Shown here piece after piece: positions 51,501-64,000 of a DNA stretch of 64,000 bases. The notes below the pieces were generated by a model that saw nothing but the letters and a program-made list of their open reading frames with translations, was not told where the DNA came from and did not search any database. The first letter of the stretch is position 1, and each line of letters starts with the position of its first letter. The stretch is from Eledone cirrhosa. Lineage: Eukaryota. The DNA lies in assembly GCA_964016885.1 (NCBI GenBank), contig OZ024740.1:205654001-205718000 (forward strand), read 5' to 3'. The position numbers and the translations under genes were made by a program.

Positions 51501-54500
51501 GTGCGTGTGTGTTGGTGTCAGTGTGTGTGTTGGTGTCAGTGTGTGTGTTGGTGTCTGTGTGTGTGTTGGTGTCAGTGTGTGTGTTGGTGTTTAGTGTGTG
51601 TGTTGGTGTCAGTGTGTGTGTGTTGGTGTCAGTGTGTGTGTTGGTATCAGTGTGTGTGTGTTGGTATCAGTGTGTGTGTTGGTGTCAGTGTGTGTGTTGG
51701 TGTCAGTGTGTGTGTTGGTATCAGCGTGTGTGTTGGTGTCAGTGTGTGTGTTGGTGTCAGTGTGTGTTGGTGTCAGTGTGTGTGTTGGTATCAGCGTGTG
51801 TGTTGGTGTCAGTGTGTGTGTGTTGGTGTCAGTGTCAGTGTGTGTGTGTTGGTGTCAGTGTGTGTGTTGGTATCAGCGTGTGTGTTGGTATCAGTGTGTG
51901 TGTTGGTATCAGTGTGTGTGTTGGTGTCAGTGTGTGTGTTGGTGTCATGTGTGTGTGTTGGTGTCAGTGTGTGTGTTGGTATCAGCGTGTGTGTTGGTAT
52001 CAGTGTGTGTGTTGGTATCAGTGTGTGTGTTGGTGTCAGTGTGTGTGTTGGTGTCAGTGTGTGTGTTGGTGTCAGTGTGTGTGTTGGTGTCAGTGTGTGT
52101 GTTGGTGTCAGTGTGTGTGTTGGTATCAGCGTGTGTGTTGGTGTCAGTGTGTGTGATGGTGTCAGTGTGTGTGTGTTGGTGTCAGTGTGTGTGTTGGTGT
52201 CAGTGTGTGTGTTGGTGTCAGTGTGTGTGTTGGTATCAGCGTGTGTGTTGGTGTCAGTGTGTGTGTGTTGGTGTCAGTGTGTGTGTGTTGGTGTCAGTGT
52301 GTGTTGGTGTCAATGTGTGTTGGTGTCAGTGTGTGTGTTGGTATCAGTGTGTGTGTTGGTGTCAGTGTGTGTGTTGGTATCAGTGTGTGTGTTGGTATCA
52401 GTGTGTGTGTTGGTGTCAGTGTGTGTGTGTTGGTGTCAGTGTGTGTGTTGGTGTCAGTGTGTGTGTTGGTGTCAGTGTGTGTGTTGGTGTCAGTGTGTGT
52501 GTTGGTGTCAGTGTGTGTGTGTTGGTGTCAGTGTGTGTGTTGGTATCAGTGTGTGTGTGTTGGTATCAGTGTGTGTGTTGGTGTCAGTGTGTGTGTTGGT
52601 GTCAGTGTGTGTGTTGGTATCAGCGTGTGTGTTGGTGTCAGTGTGTGTGTTGGTGTCAGTGTGTGTTGGTGTCAGTGTGTGTGTTGGTATCAGCGTGTGT
52701 GTTGGTGTCAGTGTGTGTGTGTTGGTGTCAGTGTGTGTTGGTGTCAGTGTGTGTGTGTTGGTGTCAGTGTGTGTGTTGGTATCAGCGTGTGTGTTGGTAT
52801 CAGTGTGTGTGTTGGTATCAGTGTGTGTGTTGGTGTCAGTGTGTGTGTTGGTGTCATGTGTGTGTGTTGGTGTCAGTGTGTGTGTTGGTATCAGTGTGTG
52901 TGTTGGTATCAGCGTGTGTGTTGGTATCAGTGTGTGTGTTGGTATCAGTGTGTGTGTTGGTGTCAGTGTGTGTGTTGGTGTCAGTGTGTGTGTTGGTGTC
53001 AGTGTGTGTGTTGGTGTCAGTGTGTGTGTGTTGGTGTCAGTGTGTGTGTGTTGGTGTCAGTGTGTGTTGGTGTCAATGTGTGTTGGTGTCAGTGTGTGTG
53101 TTGGTGTCAGTGTGTGTGTTGGTGTCAGTGTGTGTGTGTTGGTGTCAGTGTGTGTGTTGGTGTCAGTGTGTGTGTTGGTGTCAGTGTGTGTGTGTTGGTG
53201 TCAGTGTGTGTGTTGGTGTCAGTGTGTGTGTTGGTGTCAGTGTGTGTGTTGGTGTCAGTGTGTGTGTTGGTGTCAGTGTGTGTGTTGGTATCAGCGTGTG
53301 TGTTGGTGTCAGTGTGTGTGTTGGTGTCAGTGTGTGTGTGTTGGTGTCAGTGTGTGTTGGTGTCAATGTGTGTTGGTGTCAGTGTGTGTGTTGGTGTCAG
53401 TTTGTGTGTTGGTGTCAGTGTGTGTGTTGGTATCAGTGTGTGTGTTGGTGTCAGTGTGTGTGTGTTGGTCTCAGTGTGTGTGTTGGTGTCAGTGTGTGTG
53501 TTGGAGTCAGTGTGTGTGTTGGTGTCAGTGTGTGTGTTGGTGTCAGTGTGTGTGTTGGAGTCAGTGTGTGTGTTGGTGTCAGTGTGTGTGTTGGTGTCAG
53601 TGTGTGTGTGTTGGTGTCAGTGTGTGTGTTGGTGTCAGTGTGTGTGTTGGTGTCAGTGTGTGTGTTGGTGTCAGTGTGTGTGTTGGTGTCAGTGTGTGTG
53701 TTGGTGTCAGTGTGTGTGTGTTGGTGTCAGTGTGTGTGTTGGTGTCAGTGTATGTGTGGGTGTCAGTGTGTGTGTGTTGGTATCAGTGTGTGTGTTGGTG
53801 TCAGTGTGTGTTGGTGTCAGTGTGTGTGTTGGTGTCAGTGTGTGTGTTGGTGTCAGTGTGTGTGTGTGTGTTGGTGTCAGTGTGTGTGTTGGTGTCAGTG
53901 TGTGTGTTGGTGTCAGTGTGTGTGTGTTGGTGTCAGTGTGTGTGTTGGTGTCAGTGTGTGTGTTGGTGTCAGTGTGTGTGTGGGTGTCAGTGTGTGTGTG
54001 TTGGTATCAGTGTGTTTGTTGGTGTCAGTGTGTGTGTTGGTGTCAGTGTGTGTGTGTTGGTGTCAGTGTGTGTTGGTGTCAGTGTGTGTGTGTTGGTGTC
54101 AGTGTGTGTGTTGGTGTCAGTGTGTGTGTTGGTGTCAGTGTGTGTGTTGGTGTCAGTGTGTGTGTTGGTGTCAGTGTGTGTGTTGGTGTCAGTGTGTGTG
54201 TGTTGGTGTCAGCGTGTGTGTTGGTGTCAGTGTGTGTGTGTTGGTGTCAGTGTGTGTGTTGGTATCAGTGTGTGTGTTGGTGTCAGTGTGTGTGTGTGTG
54301 TTAGTGTCAGTGTGTGTGTTGGTGTCAGTGTGTGTGTTGGTGTCAGTGTGTGTGTGTTGGTGTCAGTGTGTGTGTTGTTGTCAGTGTGTGTGTTGGTGTC
54401 AGTGTGTGTGTGGGTGTCAGTGTGTGTGTGTTGGTATCAGTGTGTGTGTTGGTGTCAGTGTGTGTGTTGGTGTCAGTGTGTGTGTGTTGGTGTCAGTGTG

Positions 54501-57500
54501 TGTTGGTGTCAGTGTGTGTGTGTTGGTGTCAGTGTGTGTGTTGGTGTCAGTGTGTGTGTTGGTGTCAGTGTGTGTGTTGGTGTCAGTGAGTGTGTTGGTG
54601 TCAGTGTGTGTGTTGGTGTCAGTGTGTGTGTGTCGGTGTCAGCGTGTGTGTTGGTGTCAGTGTGTGTGTGTTGGTGTCAGTGTGTGTGTTGGTATCAGTG
54701 TGTGTGTTGGTGTCAGCGTGTGTGTTGGTGTCAGTGTGTGTGTGTGTGTTGGTGTCAGTGTGTGTGTTGGTGTCAGTGTGTGTGTTGGTGTCAGTGTGTG
54801 TGTGTTGGTGTCAGTGTGTGTGTTGGTGTCAGTGTGTGTTTTGGTGTCAGTGTGTGTGTGGGTGTCAGTGTGTGTGTGTTGGTATCAGTGTGTGTGTTGG
54901 TGTCAGTGTGTGTGTTGGTGTCAGTGTGTGTGTGTTGGTGTCAGTGTGTGTTGGTGTCAGTGTGTGTGTGTTGGTGTCATTGTGTGTGTTGGTGTCAGTG
55001 TGTGTGTTGGTGTCAGTGTGTGTGTTGGTGTCAGTGTGTGTGTTGGTGTCAGTGTGTGTGTGTTGGTGTCAGCGTGTGTGTTGGTGTCAGTGTGTGTGTG
55101 TTGGTGTCAGTGTGTGTGTTGGTATCAGTGTGTTTGTTGGTGTCAGTGTGTGTGTGTTGGTGTTAGTGTGTGTGTTGGTGTCAGTGTGTGTGTTGGTGTC
55201 AGTGTGTGTGTGTTGGTATGAGCGTGTGTGTTGGTGTCAGTGTGTGTGTTGGTGTCAGTGTGTATGTTGGTGTCAGTGTGTGTTGGTGTCAGTGTGTGTG
55301 TTGGTGTCAGTGTGTGTGTTGGTATCAGTGTGTGTGTTGGTGTCAGTGTGTGTGTTGGTGTCAGTGTGTGTTGGTGTCAGTGTGTGTGTTGGTGTCAGTG
55401 TGTGTGTTGGTGTCAGTGTGTGTGTGTTGGTGTCAGTGTGTGTGTTGGTGTCAGTGTGTGTGTTGGTGTCAGTGTGTGTGTGTTGGTGTCAGTGTGTGTG
55501 TGTTGGTATCAGCGTGTGTGTTGGTGTCAGTGTGTGTGTTGGTGTCAGTGTGTGTGTTGGTGTCAGTGTGTGTGTTGGTGTCAGTGTGTGTGTGTTGGTG
55601 TCAGTGTGTGTGTTGGTGTCAGTGTGTGTGTTGGTGTCAGTGTGTATGTGTTGGTGTCAGTGTGTGTGTTGGTGTCAGTGTGTGTGTGTTGGTGTCAGTG
55701 TGTGTGTGTTGGTATCAGCGTGTGTGTTGGTGTCAGTGTGTGTGTTGGTGTCAGTGTGTGTGTTGGTGTCAGTGTGTGTGTTGGTGTCAGTGTGTGTGTT
55801 GGTATCAGTGTGTGTGTTGGTGTCAGTGTGTGTGTTGGTGTCAGTGTGTGTGTTAGTGTCAGTGTGTGTGTTGGTGTCAGCGTGTGTGTTGGTGTCAGTG
55901 TGTGTGTTGGTGTCAGTGTGTGTGTTGGTGTCAGTGTGTGTGTTGGTGTCAGTGTGTGTGTTGGTGTCAGTGTGTGTGTTGGTGTCAGCGTGTGTGTTGG
56001 TGTCAGTGTGTGTGTTGGTGTCAGTGTGTGTGTTGGTGTCAGTGTGTGTGTTGGTGTCAGTGTGTGTGTGTTGGTGTCAGTGTGTGTGATGGTGTCAGTG
56101 TGTGTGTGTTGGTATCAGTGTGTGTGTTGGTGTCAGTGTGTGTTGGTGTCAGTGTGTGTTGGTGTCAGTGTGTGTGTTGGTGTCAGTGTGTGTGTTGGTA
56201 TCAGTGTGTGTGTTGGTGTCAGTGTGTGTGTGTTGGTGTCAGTGTGTGTGTTGGTGTCAGTGTGTGTGTTGGTGTCAGTGTGTGTGTTGGTGTCAGTGTG
56301 TGTGTGTTGGTGTCAGTGTGTGTGTTGGTGTCAGTGTGTGTGTGTTGGTGTCAGTGTGTGTTGGTGTCAGTGTGTGTGTTGGTGTCAGTGTGTGTGTTGG
56401 TGTCAGTGTGTGTGTTGGTGTCAGTGTGTGTGTGTTGGTGTCAGTGTGTGTGTGGGTGTCAGTGTGTGTGTGTTGGTATCAGTGTGCGTGTTGGTGTCAG
56501 TGTGTGTTGGTGTCAGTGTGTGTGTGTTGGTGTCAGTGTGTATGTGTTGGTGTCAGTGTGTGTGTTGGTGTCATTGTGTGTGTTGGTGTCAGTGTGTGTG
56601 TTGGTGTCAGTGTGTGTGTTGGTGTCAGTGTGTGTGTGTTGGTGTCAGTGTGTGTGTTGGTATCAGTGTGTGTGTGTTGGTATCAGTGTGTGTGTTGGTG
56701 TCAGTGTGTGTGTTGGTGTTAGTGTGTGTGTGTTGGTATCAGCGTGTGTGTTGGTGTCAGTGTGTGTGTTGGTGTCAGCGTGTGTTGGTGTCAGTGTGTG
56801 TGTTGGTATCAGCGTGTGTGTTGGTGTCAGTGTGTGTGTGTTGGTATCAGTGTGTGTATTGGTGTCAGTGTGTGTGTGTTGGTGTCAGTGTGTGTGTTGG
56901 TATCAGTGTGTGTGTTGGTGTCATTGTGTGTGTTGGTGTCAGTGTGTGTGTGTTGGTGTCAGTGTGTGTGTTGGTGTCAGTGTGTGTGTTGGTGTCAGTG
57001 TGTGTGTTGGTGTCAGTGTGTGTGTGTTGGTGTCAGTGTGTGTGTTGGTGTCAGTGTGTGTGTGTTGGTGTCAGTGTGTGTGTGTTGGTGTCAGTGTGTG
57101 TGTTGGTGTCAGTGTGTGTGTTGGTGTCAGTGTGTGTGTTGGTGTCAGTGTGTGTGTTGGTGTCAGTGTGTGTGTTGGTGTCAGTGTGTGTGTTGGTGTC
57201 AGTGTGTGTGTTGGTGTCAGTGTGTGTGTGTTGGTGTCAGTGTGTGTGTTGGTGTCAGTGTGTGTGTGTTGGTGTCAGTGTGTGTGTGTTGGTGTCAGTG
57301 TGTGTGTGTTGGTGTCAGTGTGTGTGTTGGTGTCAGTGTGTGTGTTGGTGTCAGTGTGTGTGTTGGTGTCAGTGTGTGTGTTGGTGTCAGTGTGTGTGTG
57401 TTGGTGTCAGTGTGTGTGTTGGTGTCAGTGTGTGTGTGGGTGTCAGTGTGTGTGTTGGTGTCAGTGTGTGTGTGTTGGTATCCGTTTGTGTGTTGGTGTC

Positions 57501-58107
57501 AGTGTGTGTGTTGGTGTCTGTGTGTGTGTGTTGGTATCAGTGTGTGTGTTGGTATCAGTGTGTGTGTTGGTGTCAGTGTGTGTGTGTGTGTTGGTGTCAG
57601 TGTGTGTGTTGGTGTCAGTGTGTGTGTTGGTGTCAGTGTGTGTGTGTTGGTGTCAGTGTGTGTGTTGGTGTCAGTGTGTGTGTTGGTGTCAGTGTGTGTG
57701 TGGGTGTCAGTGTGTGTGTGTTGGTATCAGTGTGTGTGTTGGTGTCAGTGTGTGTTGGTGTCAGTGTGTGTGTTGGTGTCAGTGTGTGTGTGTTGGTGTC
57801 AGTGTGTGTGTGTTGGTATCAGTGTGTGTGTTGGTGTCAGTGTGTGTGTGTGTGTTGGTGTCAGTGTGTGTGTGTGTGTTGGTGTCAGTGTGTGTGTTGG
57901 TGTCAGTGTGTGTGTGTGTGTTGGTGTCAGTGTGTGTGTTGGTGTCAGTGTGTGTGTTGGTGTCAGTGTGTGTGTTGGTGTCAGTGTGTGTTGGTGTCAG
58001 TGTGTGTGTTGGTGTCAGTGTGTGTGTGTGTGTTAGTGTCAGTGTGTGTGTTGGTGTCAGTGTGTGTGTTGGGGTCAGTGTGTGTGTTGGTGTCAGTGTG
58101 TGTGTGT
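27511..58107. repeat. ~30.6-kb satellite array, unit TTGGT(G/A)TCAG(TG)3-5 (mostly 18 bp), roughly 1700 units
   Basis: direct reading; uniform orientation; no interspersed insertion seen; unit count is length/18. Confidence 0.98.
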
Positions 58108-58199
58108 AAACAGTTTCAACAATTAAAAAAGAGGAAAAGGTAATACAATTGTAACAAAGCGGATTCTTCAATAGGGATGCGTTGGAGGGCCACTCGTGG

Positions 58200-59570
58200 T
58201 AAACCCCTCATAAAACTACGGCTGACCTGATTTCTAGGGTAAGTGTCCCATCTCAGCTATGTTTCTCTTATTTACAGGCTCACACAGAGAGTGAGCCCAT
58301 TCACTCGGGCCATGCTGACTTCTTTCACCCACCTTTCAACAAATTGCTCTGAAGGCAGCATTTCCCTCTCCACCCTGATTTTCCTTTCCAACTGAAACAC
58401 CGAAGAAGGAAGTGCTCGTCTTCTATCCTTTCAATCGGGTCCACCATACAACCTCCTTCGCCATGGTCACAAGACAGATAAGACCGGCCTTCTCTTCCTT
58501 ATTAAAAGAAAGTGGTGGGGAAATCTTCACAATGGAGTCGGCCGATAGTCGGATTCGTCCTTCACACGGCAGCACATGTTCGACATAAACCCACAAACTA
58601 GCAATGCTCGGATATTGAACGATTGCGTGCATGACAGTTTCGTCGCCTGTGCACATCTCGCTGTTGACGGCAATTCGATGCCTGTAGAGTTTATCCTGAA
58701 CTGGCAAAGCTCCCCGGTTGCACTGCCAGTCCAGGGATTTCTGGGAACTGTCCATGAGCCCTGGACCGAAAGTAATCCGAAAAGAATGGCTAGTTGATTC
58801 TCGTCGACGCCCAAGAACGTCGTCGATTTCATCCGCCACTAATCCCCGACAGAACGCCAAGGTGGACTTTCCAACGATCATACTGCCCGATTGGCAGTGA
58901 GTGCTTGAAGACATTCCAAGACATTCCAGTTTCCAAGCGCTCCCTCTCGGTCTCCGCTTGACGCAGGACTGCAGCTCCGTCAAGCAGATGAGTTGGGGGA
59001 ACATCCGTTTTGCGAACAGCGACCACACATGTTCACCGTTTAGGAAGGGATGGAGATGACGTAGTCTCAGCGCATGTTTGTGCATTATCAGCCACGGCAT
59101 TCCAAGTCCTCCACGCAACGGGTATTGATAGCAGATGGACCACCTGACCATTTGAACGCGTCCTTCCACAAGAAGCGGAAGTGCAAACAGTCCAGTGCAG
59201 TCAGACGGGGTTTGGGACAAGGCACAGCGGTCAGGCGGTAGTTGATGATAGACGCGATGTACGCGTTCGCCACCTCTGCCCTACCTTTCAGGGACAGCTT
59301 TATCTCGGCCCATTTCTGGGTGAGATTTGCCACTCTGTTCGTCACCTCATCCCAATTTCTGTCTATCTGGAACTCGGGACCGAACCAGACCTCGACCAAT
59401 TTAACCTACCCGTGGGTCCAGTGTCCGACAACGCTGTTGGACGGCATGGACCTGCCCCTCCATGTGCCCACGGACCTTTCTTGGTTGGTTTTCGCTCTTG
59501 AGAGCGTTTCGTATTCCCTCAGAGCAGTGCCAATCACCTCAATGTGTTTGGTGCTTGACACTACGACTGA
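58200..59570 (-). mobile_element. L1/Tx1-like LINE ORF2 3' fragment, frameshifted
   Basis: WFGP..NWDEV..KW..KLSLKGRAEVAN..YRL..FRFLWK; PLRGGLGMP; RGALPV..; DETVMHAI (degenerate CCHC knuckle). Confidence 0.8.
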
Positions 59571-59609
59571 ATACACAGACCATAAATTAGAAACCATTAT
59601 TAATCTGAC

Positions 59610-59750
59610 CATTACGTCCTTTTATGATCTGAGTTCAAATCCCGCCGAGGTTGACTTTGCCTTTCATCCTTACGGGGTCGATAAAATAAAGTACCAGTAA
59701 TGCACTGAGTAATTGCTGGCCTTGTGCCTAAAGTAGAAACAATTATTAAT
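59610..59750 (+). mobile_element. 5'-truncated SINE
   Basis: GAGTTCAAATCCCGCCGAGG core; ATTA(T)TAATCTGACCAT on both sides (TSD-like). Confidence 0.85.
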
Positions 59751-59848
59751 CTGACCATGGTCAACTTTGCCTGTAATCCTTCTGGGATTGATACAATAAA
59801 TTACCTGTAATATACTGGGTCAATATATTCGATTTTCCCTTCAATTTA

Positions 59849-60062
59849 AAGGGCAGTGGATTGGCAGTATCGGTAGAGGGTCGGACACCATGCTTTGCAG
59901 CTCAGAGATACGTCCCTTTATGATCTGAGTTCAAATCCCGCCGAGGTTAACTTTGCCTTTCATCCTTATGGGGTCGATAAAATAAAGTACCAGTCATGCA
60001 CTGAGGTCGATTGAATCGACTCTCCCCTCCTCCCAAATTGCTGATCTTGTGCAAACCATTAT
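59849..60062 (+). mobile_element. full-length tRNA-derived SINE
   Basis: TGGCAGTATCGG A-box, GAGTTCAAATCC B-box, shared core. Confidence 0.88.
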
Positions 60063-60673
60063 TGATGCATGGTTTCATTAGTAATATTAATAATAATAAT
60101 GATGTTGTTGATGATGATGATAAATCCTGGTATATAGTTTGATCGGATAAAAAGTGACATTTAATCTTAATGCTGTCAGATACTGTTGAATTATGGCGGG
60201 GTTTTCAGGCAATTAACTGGAAATGTGAAATTATTACAAACTTATATACTTCATCTGTGCATATATGTATGTGTGCGAGGTGTGTGTATTGGAGGAGGGG
60301 ATTATGTGGGAGAGGAGTGTGTTGGAAGAGGGGCTTGTGTGTGTAAGGGGAGGTATTTGTGTGAGCGTGGGAGGTGTTCGTGCGTGTGCGTGGGAGGTGT
60401 TTGTGTGTTCATGGGTGGTGTTTGTGTGTGCACGAGAGGCGTTTGTGTTATAGAAGGGGATTTTATGTGGGAGGTGTGTGTGTGTGGGAAGTGTGTGTAT
60501 GTTGAAGGAGGGGGTTGTTTTTAAAAAGGTGTATACGTGTAAGAGGCGATGTTTGCATGTGCGGGAGAGATGTTTGAGTTGGAGGAGGGGCTTGTATGTG
60601 GAAATTGTATGGGTGTAACGACAGAAGATTGTGTGTGAATGAGGTACATGGCTTGAAGACAGGAGTGTGTTTT

Positions 60674-60810
60674 GAAGGAGGGCGTGTGTATTAGAGAAGG
60701 GCGTGTGTATCGAAGGAGGGCGTGTGTATTGGAGGAGGGCGTGTGTATTGGAGGAGGGCGTGTGTATCGAAGGAGGGCGTGTGTATTGGAGGAGGGCATG
60801 CGTATTGGAG
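60674..60810. repeat. 19-bp minisatellite GGAGGGCGTGTGTAT(TGGA/CGAA), ~7 units, within a degenerate G/T-rich tract 60270-60960
   Basis: direct reading. Confidence 0.85.
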
Positions 60811-61129
60811 AAAAGCGTGATGGAAGCATTCAGGTGTGTCTAGAGGGAGGTGCTTGTGTGTGTTGGGGGAGGGGCATGTGTGTGGGAGGAATATGTATTT
60901 GAAAAGAAGTGTTCGTGAGTATTTTTGTGGGAGGTGTTTGTGTGTGAAGGGTGGTGGGTGTATATACCCGTATATACACCCATTCACTCATACACACAAA
61001 TATACACAATCATATATATCCACTCATGCATAGATTTGCATTCATGTATACACTTACGAATATGAATAAAAGATATGTACACTATCGATAGTCGATCGAC
61101 TTTCGTCAAATCGGACCGAGGAAACAATG

Positions 61130-61303
61130 TTTCCGTTGGTCTTTCCAATTGCTAATACTATCTATGGGTCGCAACTCCAGGTAGATGAAGCAATATAAAA
61201 TAAAGTGTCTTGCTCAAGGACATAACGCATCACCCGGTCCAGGAATCGATTTCACAACCTCACGATGCGAATCTAATTCTCTAACCACTCAGCCACGCGC
61301 ATT
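61130..61303 (-). mobile_element. tRNA-derived SINE
   Basis: AAGTGTCTTGCTCAAGGACA..GGAATCGA..CTAACCACTCAGCCACGCGC = reverse complement of a tRNA-like head. Confidence 0.75.
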
Positions 61304-61467
61304 CACTATGTACACTATAGAAAACCAAATTTAAAGTCAGAATTAAGAAGACTTAAATTAGTTAAGAGACATTTTGACCACTGATTTTTATCTAACGCGA
61401 TAACTAAAGAATACTGAAAAAACTGATCGGAATGTGATCAATGATATCGATATCTGGTGTCTTAGGG

Positions 61468-61535
61468 CAGTGGTCGCCAACATGGGTTCCGCGGAACCTT
61501 GGGGTTCCGTAAACCAAACTCCGGGTTCCTTAAAA
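61468..61535 (+). mobile_element. hAT/Charlie-like terminal fragment
   Basis: CAGTGGTCGCCAAC start with repeated GGGTTCC subterminal motifs; other end not seen. Confidence 0.5.
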
Positions 61536-61737
61536 AAATAAATATTTACATTACCATTAATATTTTGGGTTTTCTGAAAAAGGTGCAAAGAAAATGCCAA
61601 AGGTGCAATGTATAAATGAACGAGTACTACTGTAGTGTACACAGGTTCTCCACTCCAATTCGTGGAAAACACTACTTTCAGTTTCTCACTTGAATTAGCA
61701 GAAAAACACTGTTCTGAGATTCGTGGAAATTGAATAT

Positions 61738-62140
61738 TTTCTTCTTCTTCTTCTTCCCGAGAGGGTCGTGGGGGCAGAGTCCTCAAGCACTCCTTCCATT
61801 GGGTCCTGTCAGAAGCAACTATCTCCAACTGATCCGGCTGGACCATCAAGCAAGACAAGAAAAGCTCATGGATGTTATCCAAGCGTCTTTCTCGGGGTCT
61901 ACCCCTGGGTCTCCTGCTGGTTGGTTTTGCCTGTAAAATCTGTCCAGCGATTCTTTCCTGACACATTCTAACCACATGTCCATAGTCTCAGAGCTGTGAT
62001 CTTTCAATTGGGAGAAGTAGGGGCTCTGATTGGAGTGACTCTCTGAGATCCAAGCTACACTCTATCAAGTAACGTTACTCCAAAGACCCTTCGGAGGAAC
62101 CCCATTCCGGCCACTTGAATTCGCGATCGTATTCTTTCTA
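61738..62140 (-). mobile_element. Rex3/Expander-like RTE LINE 3' end with short (GAA)n tail
   Basis: 61960-62140 homologous to 22710-22895; GHVVRM..RRPRGRPR.R..W...L..LPPRP then GAA repeats. Confidence 0.85.
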
Positions 62141-62562
62141 ATGATTCTGAAAGTCACACCGCTAGTACAGTAAGTGATTAACATAACATATTCAATACCA
62201 GTGTGGAAAATTTATATTTTCAAGAAGATTTACCTTTAACTGAACTTTTAACACTAGTAAATGCCATTACTCTGTTTTATGATAGATTATCCCGCCTAAG
62301 AAAAACAATATATTCAACTATATATATCTGACGTTTTATCTTAATCCAAGGTTTAAAACGTTATATAAATATTGTAGATATTAAGATATTTAAACCAATA
62401 TTCTTAATATTTCTTATGTTTTTGTGTTAGGCTCAGTGGTTGGAATCCGATTGATTCTTGGGCTGGGCAGCGAGGTGTGTTCTTGAGCAAACATCTTATT
62501 GATTCTTCTGTCAGGAGTTGCCACAAAAAGTTCTTTTTATTATTCTTTGGGCGGAGGAGGAG

Positions 62563-62685
62563 GAAGAAGAAGAAGAAGAAGAAGAAGAAGAAGAAGAAGA
62601 AGAAGAAGAAGAAGAAGAAGAAGAAGAAGAAGAAGAAGAAGAAGAAGAAGAAGAAGAAGAAGAAGAAGAAGAAGAAGAAGAAGAA
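62563..62685. repeat. pure (GAA)41 tract
   Basis: direct reading. Confidence 0.95.
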
Positions 62686-63088
62686 ATCCTTAATCTCCGT
62701 TAACATTTTGGCGACATTAATAGCCCTAAGAAGTAACTGAATAATAATAATAATTGATGTCAAATTGTATAAAACGGCAATATTCCTCACTATGGGTGCC
62801 ATTAAACCAACCTATCATTTTGGATATAATTCTATATATTTTTTTCTTTTTTTTACTGAGCCGAAAAAAAAAGGATTATTATTTAAATTTTGTTTGTGAT
62901 TTTTCAAAGTAAACTTAGGAGTAGCAGAATTCATTGGTTCGGCTCAGCCTGGATATTTAGTTCGCCGGAGAAACGATTGTAATACGTAATAAATTGTGTT
63001 CCGATTCATCACTCATTCTTCGTTTTCCATATATATATATTATGAAAATAAACCAAAGAAGCCTTCAATACATCAAAAGTCTTTATTA

Positions 63089-63126
63089 GCCAACAATGTT
63101 TCGTCCTATTAAGGACTCATCAGGGC
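63089..63126 (-). ncRNA. type I minimal hammerhead ribozyme
   Basis: minus strand GCC-CTGATGA-GTCC(ttaata)GGAC-GAAA-CATTG-TT-GGC, then AATAAA. Confidence 0.85.
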
Positions 63127-64000
63127 AAGAAAGCTATAAGAAGCACTATCGAGATATTCTCTTCTTGCCCCCACGCCATTTCTAATTCTTACTTTTATTA
63201 TAAACCTAAAAGTTCTGGTAGTGTAAATTGTATCCATTAGCTGCTATATTCCCTTATCTTTTTTGTTTAGGTTCATTTTGTTTACCACCATCATTATCAT
63301 TATTATTATTGGTTTTTAACAGCTTTTCGATCTAGCTTTCATAGTCTTTTGGCTACCATACCATATCTATCTTCTTAAATATTATATTTTCACTATTAAC
63401 ACCTTATGAGTTTATATCTGATTATATATTTTATTTTATTTTATATTATTTTATTTTATTTGGATTCTCATTTAGATAATTAACCCCCTCCCTCCCCCTC
63501 CCACACTTGTCATTCGCCCCTTCAATTATACTATAATTATATTCAATTCCCTTTTATGCTCCTTTCTATTGTATAATACAGTATATTGATTATGATTTTA
63601 TGCTCCTTCGTATCCTCCATACATTTCTTTTTTCTGTCCCCATTGGCCTACCATTGTTCTATCTTAAGTCCGTTTATTAGATAACGTTATTCAACTGATA
63701 GTAGAATATTTCATTCTATTCTGGATATTTTTATTGAGATATCTTAAACTTTGGAGATTTTGATTACTTAAACCATAGCTAATTTTGTATTGACTTATTA
63801 TGTATTTTAAATACTTTCAATATTAATTAATTTAATAGGGTTTTCTAGTCATTTATCCGGGTTTGATTCCTAATTTTTTTACTTAACTGCTTGTGACACT
63901 TAAGTAAATATATTTGTTTTTGTTTTTCGATTTCCGGTGAATTTATTTATATTTTTTTTTACTACCGTGCGTAGTTTCTGTCTGGTTCTTATTCACTTAT

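Noticed and set aside
27511-58107. CRISPR array or telomere
   Set aside because: No unique spacers or cas genes; the unit is not TTAGGG and the array is internal with ordinary DNA on both sides.
27532-58143. Very long Cys/Val-rich ORFs (up to 2387 aa)
   Set aside because: The repeat unit lacks stops in all three plus frames; frequent 2-bp unit indels switch frames freely, so there is no sign of coding constraint.
59849-59945. tRNA gene
   Set aside because: A/B boxes belong to a multi-copy SINE; no cloverleaf.
62404-62802. Poly-K/E/R/F ORFs
   Set aside because: Translations of the (GAA)n tract.

Overview
AT-rich, microsatellite-dense eukaryotic DNA. The SINE families and overall texture suggest an octopus/cephalopod genome (inference from recognised repeat types). 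No host protein-coding exon could be supported. About half the window (27.5-58.1 kb) is one strand-asymmetric ~18-bp satellite, TTGGT(G/A)TCAG(TG)3-5, with kb-scale internal duplications; its huge ORFs are artefacts. The flanks contain decayed mobile elements: RTE, Rex3/Expander-like, R4/Dong-like and Tx1-like LINE fragments, a Tc1 relic, a three-copy non-autonomous Helitron carrying a SINE, tRNA-derived SINEs, and a Penelope-like (GIY-YIG) element. The most interesting signal is a recurring architecture around (TA)n tracts. At least five minimal hammerhead-ribozyme motifs occur, three followed by AATAAA and then (TA)n about 40 nt later. Several short modules end in a fold-back hairpin directly at (TA)n, including a two-copy ~200-bp family whose hairpin arms co-vary. 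This suggests a (TA)n-targeting Penelope/ribozyme mobile system with self-templated inverted ends.
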